In this document: positions 61,962 to 64,000 of the stretch, piece after piece
How the letters are laid out: every line of letters begins with the position of its first letter
Position numbering within the stretch: position 1 is the first letter of the stretch
Assembly (NCBI GenBank): GCA_951406725.2
Contig: OX597829.1
Coordinates: 39,308,001 to 39,372,000, forward strand
Reading direction: 5' to 3'
Source: Octopus vulgaris
Lineage: Eukaryota
Length of the DNA stretch: 64,000 bases
Notes under the pieces: generated by a model
Databases searched by the model: none
What the model saw: the letters and a program-made list of their open reading frames with translations, nothing else
What the model was told of the DNA's origin: nothing
Translations under genes and position numbers: made by a program

Positions 61962-62934
61962 AGCAGCTTGCTTCCCAACTGTATGGTTCCGGGTTCAGTC
62001 CCTCTGTGTGGCACGTTGGCCAAGTGTCCTTTACAATAGCGCTGTGCTGATGAAAGACTTGTGAGTGGATTGATTGATAGAAACTGCAGGAAACCTGTCA
62101 TATGTAGTGTATGTATGTGTGCATGTGTACGTGCTTAACTGCCCCTTGTTTAAACAAGTGTCATATTTATGCAAGTGGTGCGCTTCAGTTCTAATCTTCA
62201 GTGGAAATATGTCTGGCTATGGAGGAAATATAACCTTACTAGGAAACAGGTAAGTGTTGTTGACAGGAAGGGCTTCCAACTGTAGAAAAATCTATCTTAG
62301 CAAAATTCCATCCAACCCATGGAAAAGTAGATGTTAAAATGGTGACAACGATGATATATAATCATTTTTATTATTGATGTTAATGTTTATTTCTATTTTA
62401 CGTTTTAACCTACCAACAAGTTCCAATATCCTGTCTGGTAGAGCCCAGCCTTAAGCCTCTCACTCGTTTACAGTGTTTTCTAGTACATATCCATTTCACT
62501 GGTGCTTCTCAATTTCACTCTGTCACAGTGACAACAACAATGCACTGTTCTTAGTCTCCATTAACCATTATTATTTTTTTTCTTTACTTTTCTTTCTCTC
62601 TCTCTGTCTTACTGACAATATTACATTTCATTTATTTGTTTATCTTAATTACTGGTGTACATTCAGTGTCTGTCGAATGACAATAATGTGGGTTAACAAC
62701 AGCAAGACGAAACTCTCCTCTCGTAAATGCATTCGAGCCAGCAAAGGAGTTTCTGTGTTGTTTGCTCAGCCTCTAAGAAACACCAGCAAAATCTTCACCA
62801 TTACCTTATTAAGAAAGAAAAGGACACATTGGGTGATGATAAACTATGCTTGACAACAGCTCCTACCAAAAAAAAAAAAAAATCATTGGATGATTAAAGT
62901 GGATATGTTTTCACAGGTCTATTATTCTAGATCA

Positions 62935-63410
62935 GTGGCTGGATCCCTTTGATACCTGTTCTGCTCTACTGAGGCTTGTTTTCTGTGTACAGTCGCAGTT
63001 ATGAAAGAGTGTGCATGGAGAACCAGAATGCAAGGTTTGACGTCAGGGACCTTCATCTCCGGCTCTGGAATGCTATATTACTTCAGGTACCACCTGAAAA
63101 GCAAGATAGGGCTGGAGAGAAGGCACCTGTCGAAAAGAGCATATGAGGAAAGATGGAAAGATGTGGTAAGGAAGTTGGGAGTGAATGTCCCTACTTAACT
63201 CATCCAGGGTAAAAAGAAAAGGTGTAGCCGTTGGAACTTTAAAAAAAAGTTGGAACTTAAAGTAATATCAAAATTAAAAAAATATATATAAGTCATTTTA
63301 ATGTATTTTTATAAAAAAAAAAACTCACTAAATAACCCTTTTAAATGTTTGTAGTGTCCTGTGTTGTCCCTTCTATGTTCGAGTGTATAATCGTAATAAA
63401 GAGAATTACT
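62935..63410 (+). mobile_element. L1/Tx1-clade LINE 3' end
   Basis: ORF 63001-63198 KECAWRTRMQGL..YFRYHLKSKIGLERRHLSKRAYEERW; 3' end TGTCCTGTGTTGTCCCTTC..AATAAAGAGAA. Confidence 0.7.
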
Positions 63411-64000
63411 GGAGCCTTATGTTAAAGTATCCTATTGTACTTTCATAATTGAATATTACTGGGATTGTATAAAAAAAACAAAAAAACAATCCTTAAAATA
63501 TTTTGTGTGTTGTAAATGTATAACCAATTTGTGGACCCTGGTTGAGAACCACTGATTTATATCAAAGATCATGAGTCTATTAATTTAATGAGTAAACGAA
63601 GGCTGACCTGAGATTTCCACTGTTAGCCAACTGCTTGAAGAGGGGTGAATTCTAGCCTGCTGAATTTCTCTTTGACTCACAATGTAAAGTGGAATCTTTC
63701 GATGGCTATGAAACATTTAGAGGACCCAAATTAAAAGTTACACTCAATGGTTTAGCATTCTTTGGTTTGTCTTTGCAAATTTATTTACCTATCATCGTTA
63801 TCATCATTCCATTACCATTTTCGTGTCTACTTTTCCATACTTACACAGGTTGCGTTGGACGGAGTTTGAGGCAGATTTTTTTTATAGCTGTATGTCCTTC
63901 GTGTCACTGACCCTCACCTGTTTCCAAGTAAGGAAATATTTTCCCATGGTTTGACAGGTTCTTGCAGAAAATTGGAAAGGAATTACAATGACAATCATTC

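Overview
Eukaryotic (animal) genomic DNA: AT-rich, dense in microsatellites and mostly transposon-derived. The mix of repeat families matches what I recall from octopod cephalopods; this is inference and was not checked by search. Almost all ORFs in the track are artefacts of microsatellites, SINEs or antisense TE frames. Two host-gene candidates point away from each other: a well-supported first coding exon of a secreted or membrane protein (54124-54577, +) and a weaker housekeeping-type first exon with CCAAT and CRE motifs (12890-12908, -). The remainder holds decayed RTE, CR1, Tx1/L1, R4/Dong-like and Penelope-like (PLE) retrotransposons, two Gypsy LTR relics with tRNA-Trp PBS, at least three tRNA-SINE families, two non-autonomous Helitron families and Tigger, hAT, MULE-like and Merlin-like MITEs. 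The most unusual signals are: (i) short fold-back elements carrying minimal hammerhead-ribozyme motifs; (ii) one SINE family forming 184-185 nt head-to-tail multimers with an identical junction at four loci; (iii) a 312-bp-arm near-perfect palindrome fused to a SINE 5' end; (iv) a composite MITE whose donor copy and empty site are both in the window. No CRISPR, rRNA or convincing tRNA gene was seen. Coordinates of decayed repeats are approximate.
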